DNA of 64,000 nt. It comes from a virus. Its lineage: Duplodnaviria; Caudoviricetes. Both the position numbers and the translations under genes were made by a program. Shown in pieces: positions 38,441 through 47,729 of the stretch. Each line of letters opens with the position of its first letter. Positions within the stretch are counted from its first letter, which is position 1. The stretch is taken from IMG/VR virus record IMGVR_UViG_3300010429_002123; one strand, 5' to 3'. The notes below the pieces were generated by a model. It had not been told where the DNA came from. It was given only the letters and a program-made list of their open reading frames with translations, and did not search any database.

Positions 38441-39457
38441 ATGGCCACGAACAATTTTACGAATAACTCGGAAATGCTAAAAACAGACCTGGTTCAAAAA
38501 GGTGACGTATTCGTAGGGACAGGAAGTGGTAGTTACCAAAGATTGCAGGTAGGTGAAACAGGTAGTGTTCTCGTTACGGATTCATCTACTTCTACGGGAG
38601 TTAAGTGGGAATCTTTATCTAAAATGTATTTTGCAGGTGGGTGGGATAACTCAAGTAGCACTTCTGTAATAAATGAGTTCGTAAACGAGACTATAAGCAC
38701 CCTGAGTACTTCTTTGTCTTCGTCAAGACATCATTTGCAGGGAGCACCGATACAGAACAAATCTTACTTTGCTGGTGGATATACTACCGCTAATGTTAGA
38801 ACTATTGATAGAATTGTTAATAGCGTGGCGGGAGTCATATCGACGTCTCTTTCCGTAAGCAGGGGTTATGGAGGAAGTGCCTATATTTCTGTGTCAGCTT
38901 ACTTTGCTGGTGGTCAGACTGTTTTAACTTTAAACTCCATAGAACGCTTAACAAGCGGAGAAATATCCTCTGCGATAACAGCAACATTGCCTGCTAGAAG
39001 AAGAGAGTTAGCAGGAGTCCATTTATTAGGGACTGCATATTTTGGTGGTGGATATTTTTCTGGTGGAGGTGTCAGAGTAAATAATATAGAAAAACTCTCT
39101 TCTGCAGAGACAAGAACTACTTTGTCTGCCACATTGTCCTCGTCAAGAGATGCCCTTAGTAGTGCTGGAATATCTTCTTCTGCTTATTTTGCTGGAGGTA
39201 GCACTGGTTCTGTAGTGAATACTATAGACAGGTTAAGTAGCTCTGAAGTTCGAACCACGATTTCTGCTACTCTTTCAGCTTCAAAATATGGTTCTGCAGG
39301 AGCTTCTATTTCGGATTCTTCATATTTTGCCGGAGGGTACACAAGCACAAGTATAAATGCTATAGACAAATTGGTATCGGAGAGTCTCTCGACTATAAGT
39401 GCAACTATATCATCTGTAAGAAGGAATTTTGTTGGGGTGAGTATTAATTTGCTATAG
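38441..39457 (+). CDS. Kelch-like beta-propeller protein 3
   Basis: Start at MATNNFTNN by alignment with paralogues; same repeats. Confidence 0.8.
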   Translation: MATNNFTNNSEMLKTDLVQKGDVFVGTGSGSYQRLQVGETGSVLVTDSSTSTGVKWESLSKMYFAGGWDNSSSTSVINEFVNETISTLSTSLSSSRHHLQGAPIQNKSYFAGGYTTANVRTIDRIVNSVAGVISTSLSVSRGYGGSAYISVSAYFAGGQTVLTLNSIERLTSGEISSAITATLPARRRELAGVHLLGTAYFGGGYFSGGGVRVNNIEKLSSAETRTTLSATLSSSRDALSSAGISSSAYFAGGSTGSVVNTIDRLSSSEVRTTISATLSASKYGSAGASISDSSYFAGGYTSTSINAIDKLVSESLSTISATISSVRRNFVGVSINLL

Positions 39458-39508
39458 AGATATGCTATAATTATTATGCTCTTTTAGAGAGATTAAGAGG
39501 TTTTAAGA

Positions 39509-40540
39509 ATGGCTACGAACAATTTTACAAATAATTCTGAGGTATTTAAAACAGACCTGATTCAGAAGGGAGATATTTTCGTAGGGACAGGCAATGGAAC
39601 ATATCAAAGACTACCTATTTATGAGGATAATTTTGTAATAGAAGCGGATTCATCTAAATCAACTGGTGTAGTTTGGGCGTTCCCTCCAGGTAATAAGATA
39701 TATTATGTTGGAGGTAAGGTTACAGCACCTGTTAATACTGTGAATGTTCTAAGAAGAGATGAGTCTTGTTTCTCTCTAAGCCAAACTTTGTCTTCTTCCA
39801 GAGATAATATGGGGGCAGCAGTCATAACTAGTTCTGCTTATTTTGCTGGTGGTTTTACGGCTTCTGCTGTTGTATCTACCATAGATAAACTTGATAGTGG
39901 AGTAATGATGGGTGTTTCCGCAGTACTGCCAACAGCTAGGGGTAAGTTGGCTGGTTCTTCCATTAGTGTGTCGGCTTATTTTGCAGGGGGATGTAATTTT
40001 ACTAATAATGTATTCTACAATACTATATCAAGGTTAACTAACGATACTACGTGTGCTAATATAGCAGCCACTTTGTCGGCTTCTAAAGCGTATATAGCTT
40101 CTGCCACTATACTGTATTCTGCTTACTTTGCTGGAGGTCAGTTAAATGGAGGTTCTGCAGTAAGAACAATAGATAAACTTACTAATGCGGAGGCTTATGC
40201 AGCTGTTTCGGCTACATTGTCTATATCTAAATTTGTAGTTGCGGGGGCGGTAATAGGTAATTCTGCTTATTTTGCAGGAGGTTGGACAGGTTCAGCACAC
40301 ACCAACGTTATTGAGCGTTTTACTAGTTCCGAGTCTATATCTAATATATCCGCTACTCTATCTGTCTCGAAAAATGGTCTTGCTGGGTCTTCAGTCATAT
40401 CAAACATATACTTTGCTGGGGGAGATAATGGCGGTTACTCCAACGTAATAGAGAGACTTAAAAGTAATGAATCATGCGGGACTATATCTGCTACTTTATC
40501 ATCCACTAGGTGCTATATGTCTGGGGTAACTTCAAGTTAA
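39509..40540 (+). CDS. Kelch-like beta-propeller protein 4
   Basis: MATNNFTNNSE.FKTDL.QKGD start nearly identical to paralogue 3; same repeats. Confidence 0.8.
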   Translation: MATNNFTNNSEVFKTDLIQKGDIFVGTGNGTYQRLPIYEDNFVIEADSSKSTGVVWAFPPGNKIYYVGGKVTAPVNTVNVLRRDESCFSLSQTLSSSRDNMGAAVITSSAYFAGGFTASAVVSTIDKLDSGVMMGVSAVLPTARGKLAGSSISVSAYFAGGCNFTNNVFYNTISRLTNDTTCANIAATLSASKAYIASATILYSAYFAGGQLNGGSAVRTIDKLTNAEAYAAVSATLSISKFVVAGAVIGNSAYFAGGWTGSAHTNVIERFTSSESISNISATLSVSKNGLAGSSVISNIYFAGGDNGGYSNVIERLKSNESCGTISATLSSTRCYMSGVTSS

Positions 40541-40569
40541 CTATAAGGAAGGAATGTTATTTTATTTAT

Positions 40570-41976
40570 ATGGATAATAGTAAGAGTATATTTAACAATA
40601 TAGATGAAACTTTGAATAAGTTCAACTATTGTTCGATGGGCAATAGTTATGTAATGGAACAGGGGTCAATAAACTCTGGGATAACTCCCGAGAGGATGTA
40701 TCGAAACTGCCTTATTAACTGGCAGGCAGTTGCTGGTGCATTAAAGGAATATCATTTCAATAATGAACGTAACGACATTAAAATACGTAAACAGGCCGTC
40801 AGGCTTAAACAAATAGATGAGAAGCTCTCTCAGACTACTGACAAGTATGAGAAAGAACTTCTCGAACTTGATAAAGAGTCTATAAATCTTAAACTTATAG
40901 AGTTAGAATCTACAAAGAAACTCACCATGCCTCTTGTCAAAGATGCATGGGAACGTTTACATTTCTTGGAACAGAACATGAAACGTTTGGAGGAACATGG
41001 GCTTAGACCTTTTGAAGAGGCAGAACTTGAGTATCAGAGGAGCAAAGCTCTTCAGGATTTAAGAGCAGAGAGGATAGCAAATCAATTAGGAGTATCTAAG
41101 GGTTCCATAGAATGGGCACATACTTATGGAGCTGATATTTCAGAGTTATTAAGTCCGAATTCTTTAGAAGCATGTATTAAAAACCCTGAGTTTACTCTTA
41201 ACATGCCTCTTAACGACAGACATTTAGCACTCGTAAGAAATGAAGAGTTTGTCGCCAAGAAGAACCTCTTGATAGCAATTCCGAAAAAGAACAATGACGA
41301 CATTCTGGGAACAAATATAACCCCTGAAGTATTCATATATCCACATGGTATGGCGTGGGAAAAGAAGTTCTTGCCCGGATACACCTACGATGAAGCCAGA
41401 AACAGACTGGTAGAGTATGCCAAAGAACTCGGAGTTGACTATCTATTCTTCTTAGATGATGATATTCTCATGCCTCAGTTTGCTCTTCTTGAACTTTATA
41501 ATGCTATGGTCGGGGGAAACCTTGATATTGTAGCCGGTTATTACTATCAAAAGATGAATAAGAGAATGCCTACATGGGGGCATAGACTTGAGGACGGGAA
41601 ACACATAGTTCCTGAAGTGGAATCAGCTACCTCGCTTGTTCCCTGTAACTGGGTGATAGGAACGGGCTGTATGTTAATAAGAATGTCTGTGTTTGATAAA
41701 ATAAAAAAGCCGTATTTCAATATGATATACGACGGGAAAGAAAGAATGACTGTGGGAGAAGACTGCTACTTTATTACTAAGTGCGAGGCTTCTGGTATAA
41801 AATCTTACATTCACCCGAAAGTTAAGTGTGGACATATTTCTTACGACCGTAACAAGATTCACTGGGGAGACCAGGTTACGGAGTTTAGACCGGGAGAATG
41901 TATAAGCGTAAGTAATGAAGACGTTAACAATCAATCGTCTGCCCTTATAAGCAGTAGTAAACATGTTAAAATATAA
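40570..41976 (+). CDS. Coiled-coil protein fused to a GT2/GT-A glycosyltransferase
   Basis: YDEARNRLV....GVDYLFFLDDD, GTGCMLI...VF, GEDCYF....GH; start chosen at MDNSK. Confidence 0.85.
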   Translation: MDNSKSIFNNIDETLNKFNYCSMGNSYVMEQGSINSGITPERMYRNCLINWQAVAGALKEYHFNNERNDIKIRKQAVRLKQIDEKLSQTTDKYEKELLELDKESINLKLIELESTKKLTMPLVKDAWERLHFLEQNMKRLEEHGLRPFEEAELEYQRSKALQDLRAERIANQLGVSKGSIEWAHTYGADISELLSPNSLEACIKNPEFTLNMPLNDRHLALVRNEEFVAKKNLLIAIPKKNNDDILGTNITPEVFIYPHGMAWEKKFLPGYTYDEARNRLVEYAKELGVDYLFFLDDDILMPQFALLELYNAMVGGNLDIVAGYYYQKMNKRMPTWGHRLEDGKHIVPEVESATSLVPCNWVIGTGCMLIRMSVFDKIKKPYFNMIYDGKERMTVGEDCYFITKCEASGIKSYIHPKVKCGHISYDRNKIHWGDQVTEFRPGECISVSNEDVNNQSSALISSSKHVKI

Positions 41977-41990
41977 AGGAGGAACAATGA

Positions 41991-42284
41991 ATGGCACTTC
42001 AGAAAGAACTTGAATTTCAGAGAAGTGGATTTATGTGCACTTACTGGAAAATAGGAGAAGTTTCATTAGAAAGTAATTCTGCTAACGGTAAAGTATTATT
42101 AAACGGCTACAAAGACCAGACTTCCAGAGAAGCGGGTAAAAGTCCCGTAGAAACCAGACAGTATAGCTTCGGGGGTTATTATACGCTGACTGAAATGGAC
42201 AAAGCAGAGAATAATGTTTTAAAGATGAGTTACTCTGCTATTAAATCTTACGACCCCGCTTTTACCGATGCCGTTGACGTATAG
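41991..42284 (+). CDS. Hypothetical fibre-associated protein
   Basis: Strong RBS; YWKI...GY....R..GK.P...Y..IK...F.DA.DV pattern seen near phage fibres. Confidence 0.55.
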   Translation: MALQKELEFQRSGFMCTYWKIGEVSLESNSANGKVLLNGYKDQTSREAGKSPVETRQYSFGGYYTLTEMDKAENNVLKMSYSAIKSYDPAFTDAVDV

Positions 42285-42298
42285 ACAAGGAGGGAATT

Positions 42299-43144
42299 AT
42301 GCCAATTTCAGAGTATCATAATATAGACACAACGAAACCTCGTAAGTTTGCTAAAATAAATGACACCTCCCATAAGGTGGAAAGTATAGAAGAAGTGGTT
42401 GGAACGTCAGAACCTGCCCCACAGGAAGGCTATTCATTTGTGCAGTTATTTTCTACGGCTCCTTCTGTGGGAAGTCTCTACGTTGAAGAAACTGAAAGGT
42501 TCATATATCCGAGGGCGTACACAAAGATATTAAATTCCACTAACATAGTAGAAAGTGTATTTACTGTATCTACTTTGTCTGAGCCTGATAGTATAGAAGG
42601 TTACACGTTAAAAGAGATTTCTCTTCTTGACGCGAAAAACTTGCAGGAACATAAATACGTGTCGGAAACAAATACGTATATAGCTCCCAGGAAATATGCA
42701 AAAATAAGTAACTCTTCTTTACTGGTAACAGAGATAATAAACCATTATCTCCAAACTGAACCCGATAGTATAGAGGGGTACACACTCGTAGAGCTTGTTC
42801 CAGAGACGTGCTGGGGTGACGTGGGGTGGAGTTATGATTCTGAAAGTAACTCCTTTTCTCCACCGGATGAAAGTGCTTCTTACTTGAGCGGGGCAAAAAC
42901 TGAAAGAATAAGTACACTTGAGGGGGAGATGTTTTCTAAGATTCTAGAGAGCTACCCTATACAGAAACAACTCTTTTTGCTGAATCAGATAGATAGTGAG
43001 AGAGACACAAACCAGCTAAAAACTGAACTGATAACTTACCTTAACGCCCTCAGGGATTTAAAAGACACTTACGAGGGACAAATAAATGCTTGTGCAACCA
43101 TACAAGACCTGGGAAACCTTTCGTTTACGTGGGAAGTAACTTAA
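42299..43144 (+). CDS. Putative tail fibre assembly chaperone
   Basis: Three internal repeats PR.[FY].KI...; helical C-terminus ending QINAC.TI.DL.....W. Confidence 0.55.
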   Translation: MPISEYHNIDTTKPRKFAKINDTSHKVESIEEVVGTSEPAPQEGYSFVQLFSTAPSVGSLYVEETERFIYPRAYTKILNSTNIVESVFTVSTLSEPDSIEGYTLKEISLLDAKNLQEHKYVSETNTYIAPRKYAKISNSSLLVTEIINHYLQTEPDSIEGYTLVELVPETCWGDVGWSYDSESNSFSPPDESASYLSGAKTERISTLEGEMFSKILESYPIQKQLFLLNQIDSERDTNQLKTELITYLNALRDLKDTYEGQINACATIQDLGNLSFTWEVT

Positions 43145-43384
43145 GAGCCTGGGGGGTAATTGCCGTGGGGTTAACAATAAAGAACAAACTGTGGAAACAG
43201 CTTATCTTACAGCTTCTGACCAAGTTTAAGACAGCTCTGCTCTTTATAACCAAAAAGATAAAAAGAAAGTATATAACCCACATAAAAAGGACAAAAAGCG
43301 GGCTTTTTATAGTTACGGCTTTTTCTGAAAACTGACCTAACAAACGGGCAAATCCCGTTATTAAAATAAAGGAGGAAATTTTAT

Positions 43385-43882
43385 ATGACAGGTAGTACTT
43401 ATACCAACATTTCAACTATTTCTCAGGTTGTTTCAAACTTACAGGGGTCTTATGAGACCGTTAATCCTGGAGGTACCATAGACACTTTTGATTCTCCTAT
43501 GATGGGTTATCTTGTCACAGAAAAAAGGTTTTCAAAAGGTGGTTCTGTTACAGTACCTTTTGACCCGGAAACTGCCCCTGGTGATTTCGAAGTAACAGGT
43601 GCTTTAAAAGTTGATGGCAGTCTCGGTCTTTTCGGGCACGCCCCGGCAAGTAAACCCTCGGCTTACACACAGACCTACTCAACTTCCGTGAAAACTCTCG
43701 GAGCTTATACCCCCGACACGGAAAGTGGTGCCTATACAGCCCAGACAACTGAGAGTATAGCAAAATTAGATGACTTGAATGCCTTAAGAGTTGCTTACGA
43801 AAACCTGAGGGCATTTGTAGAGAACATCGCTAAAGTAGAAAACGCCGTCATCGACGACATGCAGTCTATAGGCATGTTCTAA
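43385..43882 (+). CDS. Putative virion structural (fibre-like) protein
   Basis: GSLGLFGHAP..KP and a C-terminal helix ENAVIDDMQSIG; strong RBS. Confidence 0.55.
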   Translation: MTGSTYTNISTISQVVSNLQGSYETVNPGGTIDTFDSPMMGYLVTEKRFSKGGSVTVPFDPETAPGDFEVTGALKVDGSLGLFGHAPASKPSAYTQTYSTSVKTLGAYTPDTESGAYTAQTTESIAKLDDLNALRVAYENLRAFVENIAKVENAVIDDMQSIGMF

Positions 43883-43890
43883 GCCCATAC

Positions 43891-43928
43891 AGGATAAAGA
43901 CTCACGGGTCTTTATCCTTTGCTTTTAT
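43891..43928 (+). terminator. Rho-independent terminator
   Basis: aggataaagac-tcacgg-gtctttatcct followed by a T-rich tail. Confidence 0.7.
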
Positions 43929-44128
43929 CTTTAAGGAAGGTGATTGTATTTGCTACCTTATGTGCTGTATCCAGGGGTTGTTCTCGACTACTCCGAGGCT
44001 ATAATAGGACTGTTTTTAGTAGAATACGACACGGGAAAAAAGATAGAAAAAGACTGGTTACCCTGCAGAGACTTTATCCCGAAAAAACAGGAGCGGGTAA
44101 CAGTCAGGGATGGAAAGGAAAAATATAT

Positions 44129-44545
44129 ATGCCGGAGCATATCTTAAGAAAAGGGGCTTTTTGGGACTTCGCCTCGAAAATTATACCGGGTTTAGACCAC
44201 TGTGCTACCACTCTCTTCTCTGTTATTTTTATGCCAAAGTGGTATTTTGTAAACCCCGAAGGGTTTAGAGAGACGGCCTTACTCCTGCACGAAAAAGAGC
44301 ACGTTGCTCAATGGAAAAAATACGGACTGGGCTTTACGTTTTCCTACTTATTTAACAAAGAGAAGCGAAAAGAGTATGAGCTCACAGCTTACAGAGTCCA
44401 GATAAAGTATCTGATGGAGCACGGGGTATACATAGACAAAGAGGGGTGGGCTAAAACCATATCCTCTCTCTATTCTGTATTAAACTTTATCACCTACGAC
44501 GAAGCCTACACTTTTCTGGATTTATTGGAAAAAATCAGGACTTGA
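44129..44545 (+). CDS. Small zincin-like metallopeptidase (HExxH)
   Basis: ALLLHEKEHVAQW...YEL.AY..Q; ATG with an aaagga RBS. Confidence 0.7.
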   Translation: MPEHILRKGAFWDFASKIIPGLDHCATTLFSVIFMPKWYFVNPEGFRETALLLHEKEHVAQWKKYGLGFTFSYLFNKEKRKEYELTAYRVQIKYLMEHGVYIDKEGWAKTISSLYSVLNFITYDEAYTFLDLLEKIRT

Positions 44546-44569
44546 CCCTTAAAAAGTATGTGTTATAAT
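44542..44569 (+). promoter_or_regulatory. sigma70-type promoter
   Basis: TTGACC-16-TATAAT with TG extension. Confidence 0.6.
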
Positions 44570-44626
44570 TATAAAATAGTATGCGACAAAAAGAATTTTA
44601 ATCTAATTTTAAAGGAGAAATTGTTT

Positions 44627-44893
44627 ATGCTTGGACCAGCTAAAGAAAGAGAATTTATTGTCAAGGAGGCTACCTTACTGAAAATCCTCAACCTTGCACA
44701 GAGTCTTAATGGTATCTGTACAGTGTTGATGCAGGAGATAAACGGCACAGTTTTTGAGCCTCTGCAGGAGAGGTTAAACTCAGCCACTCAAAATCTTCAG
44801 GCAGCCGTTACTGCCACCGCAAAAGAACTGCAGGAGGCCAAAGACGTAAGCCAGGTAGTAGCTCAAATCTCAGAAAAAAGAGTTAAAAAATAA
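44627..44893 (+). CDS. Hypothetical coiled-coil protein
   Basis: ATG after an aaggag RBS. Confidence 0.55.
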   Translation: MLGPAKEREFIVKEATLLKILNLAQSLNGICTVLMQEINGTVFEPLQERLNSATQNLQAAVTATAKELQEAKDVSQVVAQISEKRVKK

Positions 44894-44913
44894 GGATAAA
44901 AGGAGATAAAACA

Positions 44914-45384
44914 ATGAATTTTTTAGAGATAGCAAAGACCGTAGAGAACATAAGAAAAGGTATTTCCGCCGTGCATAAAAAAGCACAAAATATAGCCGTT
45001 ACTCTAGACCAGATAGACGATGTCATTTTTTCTGTCCTTGACGTTGTTTCCCCCGCTCTCCCAAAAACATGGCAAATAGCTATACAGGCCATAAAACAGT
45101 TTGAACAGATGGGAATCAAGTATTTAATTCCCGACATAGTCAAAGCCGAAGAAACTCCCGGAGTAACTGGGGAAGAAAAATTGGCAATTGCCGTACAGGG
45201 AATCACACAGGTTCCTATAGAAACAGTTAAAGAAGTTCTTGTCACTGTAGCAAAACCAGAGGTTCCCGCGTCTCTTCCCGCAAAAACCGAGGAAGAAAAG
45301 AGCACGGTGGACAAAATAGTAGAAACCTCAGAGAAAGTAACGTCGGTTGTCAAATTCATAAATGGTTTTATAAAGGGTTTTTAA
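44914..45384 (+). CDS. Putative holin-associated/lysis protein
   Basis: Directly upstream of the endolysin; AE...TGEEKL..A motif reminiscent of LL-H-type holins, but no clear TM helix. Confidence 0.35.
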   Translation: MNFLEIAKTVENIRKGISAVHKKAQNIAVTLDQIDDVIFSVLDVVSPALPKTWQIAIQAIKQFEQMGIKYLIPDIVKAEETPGVTGEEKLAIAVQGITQVPIETVKEVLVTVAKPEVPASLPAKTEEEKSTVDKIVETSEKVTSVVKFINGFIKGF

Positions 45385-45411
45385 CACTGAGTTAGCTAAG
45401 TTGAGGAGAAA

Positions 45412-45443
45412 TAAAAAGCGGGGTTTCCCGCTTTTTACTTTTC
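45412..45443 (+). terminator. Rho-independent terminator (bidirectional-like)
   Basis: taaaaagcggg-gttt-cccgcttttta. Confidence 0.8.
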
Positions 45444-45547
45444 TACGACTTTCTTAAAGAAGAGGAGTTAACGCCTTTTACTATAAGCTCTTATATGGTA
45501 TAATTAGAACATCTATGAATGAGACTTGACAAGAAAGGGGATACGTT

Positions 45548-46465
45548 ATGGCGATAAAAGGAATAGTTTTCCACTGGTCTGCAGGTAAATATGACCAGGT
45601 TTTTGAAGACTACCATTACTGTATCACGTATAATCCGACAACAAAAAAAGCTAAGATAGTTCAGATGTGCGAGAGTGACGACGAGATAAAAGCCCATACG
45701 TGGCACAGAAACAAGGGAAGAATAGGAATAAGCCTGAGTTGTGCTTACAACGCCACTACGGGTAATCTCGGTCAATACCCGCCCACAGACGCTCAAATAG
45801 AAATGGCCTGTGCTCTGGCCGGGAGACTCATCAAAAAACACGGAATAAAACCTGAAGACGACGAAGTAAACACCCATGCTGACTGGGCTGATTATGATAA
45901 TTACGGTCCTACCAGAAATGAAAACGGGTGTGAAAGATGGGATTTGTGGGTTCCGAACTGGAAAAACTATAAGAAAAATCTCGGGGACGTAATGAAAGAC
46001 AAAAGCTGGTGGTATGCCCAGCACGGAGAAGCCAAAGCGGAGGAAGAGGTAGAAAAACCCGCTAAGACTGACCCGAAGTTTAAAGACCTCGTAGCAAAAT
46101 ACGCAAAAGAATTTGATTTAAGGGAAGACTTTATTCATTCTATAATTTTACAGGAGTCTTCCTATAACCCAAAGGCTGTCAGTTCTTCTAACGCAAAAGG
46201 TCTCATGCAACTTCTTCCCGCCACATTTGCAGACTGTTTGAAAGCTTTAGGGTTACCCCCAACGTCAGACCCTTTCTCACCGGAGATAAACATACGCTGT
46301 GGGTGTTATTATTTTTCCTGGCTGTGGAAGAACTTGAAAAACACAAAAAGCACTCTCTGGCTTTTGTCTAAAGCTTATAATGATGGTCCCGGAACTGTGA
46401 GGGGTTTTGACCCCACAGACTTAAAGTCTGAGTATGCAGACAAGGTTTTATCAAGAATAAAGTAG
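45548..46465 (+). CDS. Endolysin: N-terminal amidase-like domain plus C-terminal SLT lytic transglycosylase
   Basis: IVFHWSAG..DYHYCI..AHTWHRN..IGIS..HAD; IILQESSYNPKAVS...AKGLMQL...AYNDGPG. Confidence 0.88.
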   Translation: MAIKGIVFHWSAGKYDQVFEDYHYCITYNPTTKKAKIVQMCESDDEIKAHTWHRNKGRIGISLSCAYNATTGNLGQYPPTDAQIEMACALAGRLIKKHGIKPEDDEVNTHADWADYDNYGPTRNENGCERWDLWVPNWKNYKKNLGDVMKDKSWWYAQHGEAKAEEEVEKPAKTDPKFKDLVAKYAKEFDLREDFIHSIILQESSYNPKAVSSSNAKGLMQLLPATFADCLKALGLPPTSDPFSPEINIRCGCYYFSWLWKNLKNTKSTLWLLSKAYNDGPGTVRGFDPTDLKSEYADKVLSRIK

Positions 46466-47278
46466 GTGCACTGTATGATAACAAGAGGACTTTCCTTACC
46501 CGGAAGTAAACAAAAATCTTCAGGAAAAGGTCTTTATAACTGGGGGTCTATCCCGGAAGAAAAAGACCCTGAAGAGAAAAATGAGGAGACCACAACGGCT
46601 TCAGTAGGCACAGGGGTTCCTATGAACATTTTTAGTTCTACAAAAGAGCCGAAACCTAAAAAAAGAAAAGACAATTTTCCTGTTGAATACGGAAATGAAG
46701 AAAGAGAGTTGGTAGTCTATACAGGGCTGACTGACCTCTTTCCAAACGAAAAAAAGCCGAGAAAGTCACGGGGGAGCGAATTTACAGAAACTATCAGACA
46801 GCTTGAAGAAGAGTGTCTTGTTTTAGAAGACATGTGTGGGATACTCGAGGGTGGTCCCGGTAGTGGCCAGTATGAAAGACATTCTAACGGGATTCCGAAG
46901 AAAAAGACAGATTTAAGGCAAAACATCTTAAAGTCTGTGGAAGATGCAAACAGGTATTATAAACACGGAATACCGTCCGCCATAGGGGACTTCAAAGAGG
47001 CCAGTGCCAGCCTGAAAGCCTATCTGAAACACGTTGCGGGAGAGAACTCTTCTGAAATAAAATTTCCCCACGCCGAAAATTACAAAAAAGAACGTAGCAG
47101 ACTTCATAAAATTGCGACGTTTTCGAAGGGTTCGTTAGACCATTATAAAAAAATAGTGGACGAACTTACTCCGAAACTTCAGGCGGAGGAGGAGAATGAA
47201 AAAAGGCAGAAAAACAAAAATCCTTTCCTGGCAAAAATAATAGCTATGGATAAAGCAAAAAGAGGGGGGATAAAGTAA
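46466..47278 (+). CDS. E-GGPGSG family protein 1 (putative capsid-internal protein)
   Basis: RQLEEECLVLEDMCGILE-GGPGSG followed by a basic domain. Confidence 0.7.
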   Translation: MHCMITRGLSLPGSKQKSSGKGLYNWGSIPEEKDPEEKNEETTTASVGTGVPMNIFSSTKEPKPKKRKDNFPVEYGNEERELVVYTGLTDLFPNEKKPRKSRGSEFTETIRQLEEECLVLEDMCGILEGGPGSGQYERHSNGIPKKKTDLRQNILKSVEDANRYYKHGIPSAIGDFKEASASLKAYLKHVAGENSSEIKFPHAENYKKERSRLHKIATFSKGSLDHYKKIVDELTPKLQAEEENEKRQKNKNPFLAKIIAMDKAKRGGIK

Positions 47279-47283
47279 CAAGT

Positions 47284-47706
47284 ATGAAAGAGCTAGAACA
47301 GTTACAAGAAGAGTGTGAAATTCTAGAGTTACAATGTGGGTATCTCTTAGACGTATTAGCAGAAGGGGGTCCGGGAAGTGGTAGAAAACCTTCTTCAAGT
47401 ACTCATACGTCTCTGGAAGACTACTTGACAAAACATGCCACGGAAAACTTAACAAAAGGGTTGACTCTCGCTAAAAATCCCCGTAAGGAGGCCGAGGCCA
47501 AAAACACCCTTAGTTCAGCTTTAGGGCACGCTACAGCTTTATATAAATTAAAACTCGAACCGGACAGTGAGAGGAAAATCTTACGTTTCGAGACCTTCTG
47601 GGGGGACGCGGATAGTCATGGGGAAAAAATAAAAGCAAAAAACCCGTCTTTGGAGAAGTTACGGGGGCGGGCAATTAAAGCCCTGGAAGTCTTTCGAGAC
47701 CTTTAG
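47284..47706 (+). CDS. E-GGPGSG family protein 2
   Basis: QLQEECEILE...LAE-GGPGSGRKP. Confidence 0.75.
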   Translation: MKELEQLQEECEILELQCGYLLDVLAEGGPGSGRKPSSSTHTSLEDYLTKHATENLTKGLTLAKNPRKEAEAKNTLSSALGHATALYKLKLEPDSERKILRFETFWGDADSHGEKIKAKNPSLEKLRGRAIKALEVFRDL

Positions 47707-47729
47707 ACAAATAAGAAAGGAGGCAAGAA

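Noticed and set aside
43090-43335. Small basic ORF or structured RNA in the gap before 43385
   Set aside because: Weak start context and no motif or convincing stem structure; cannot be supported either way.
43919-44147. N-terminal extension of the HExxH ORF from 43919, and the overlapping 67-aa ORF at 43944
   Set aside because: The 43919 start lies within the terminator tail and a better RBS/ATG exists at 44129; the 43944 ORF is possible but has no supporting motif.
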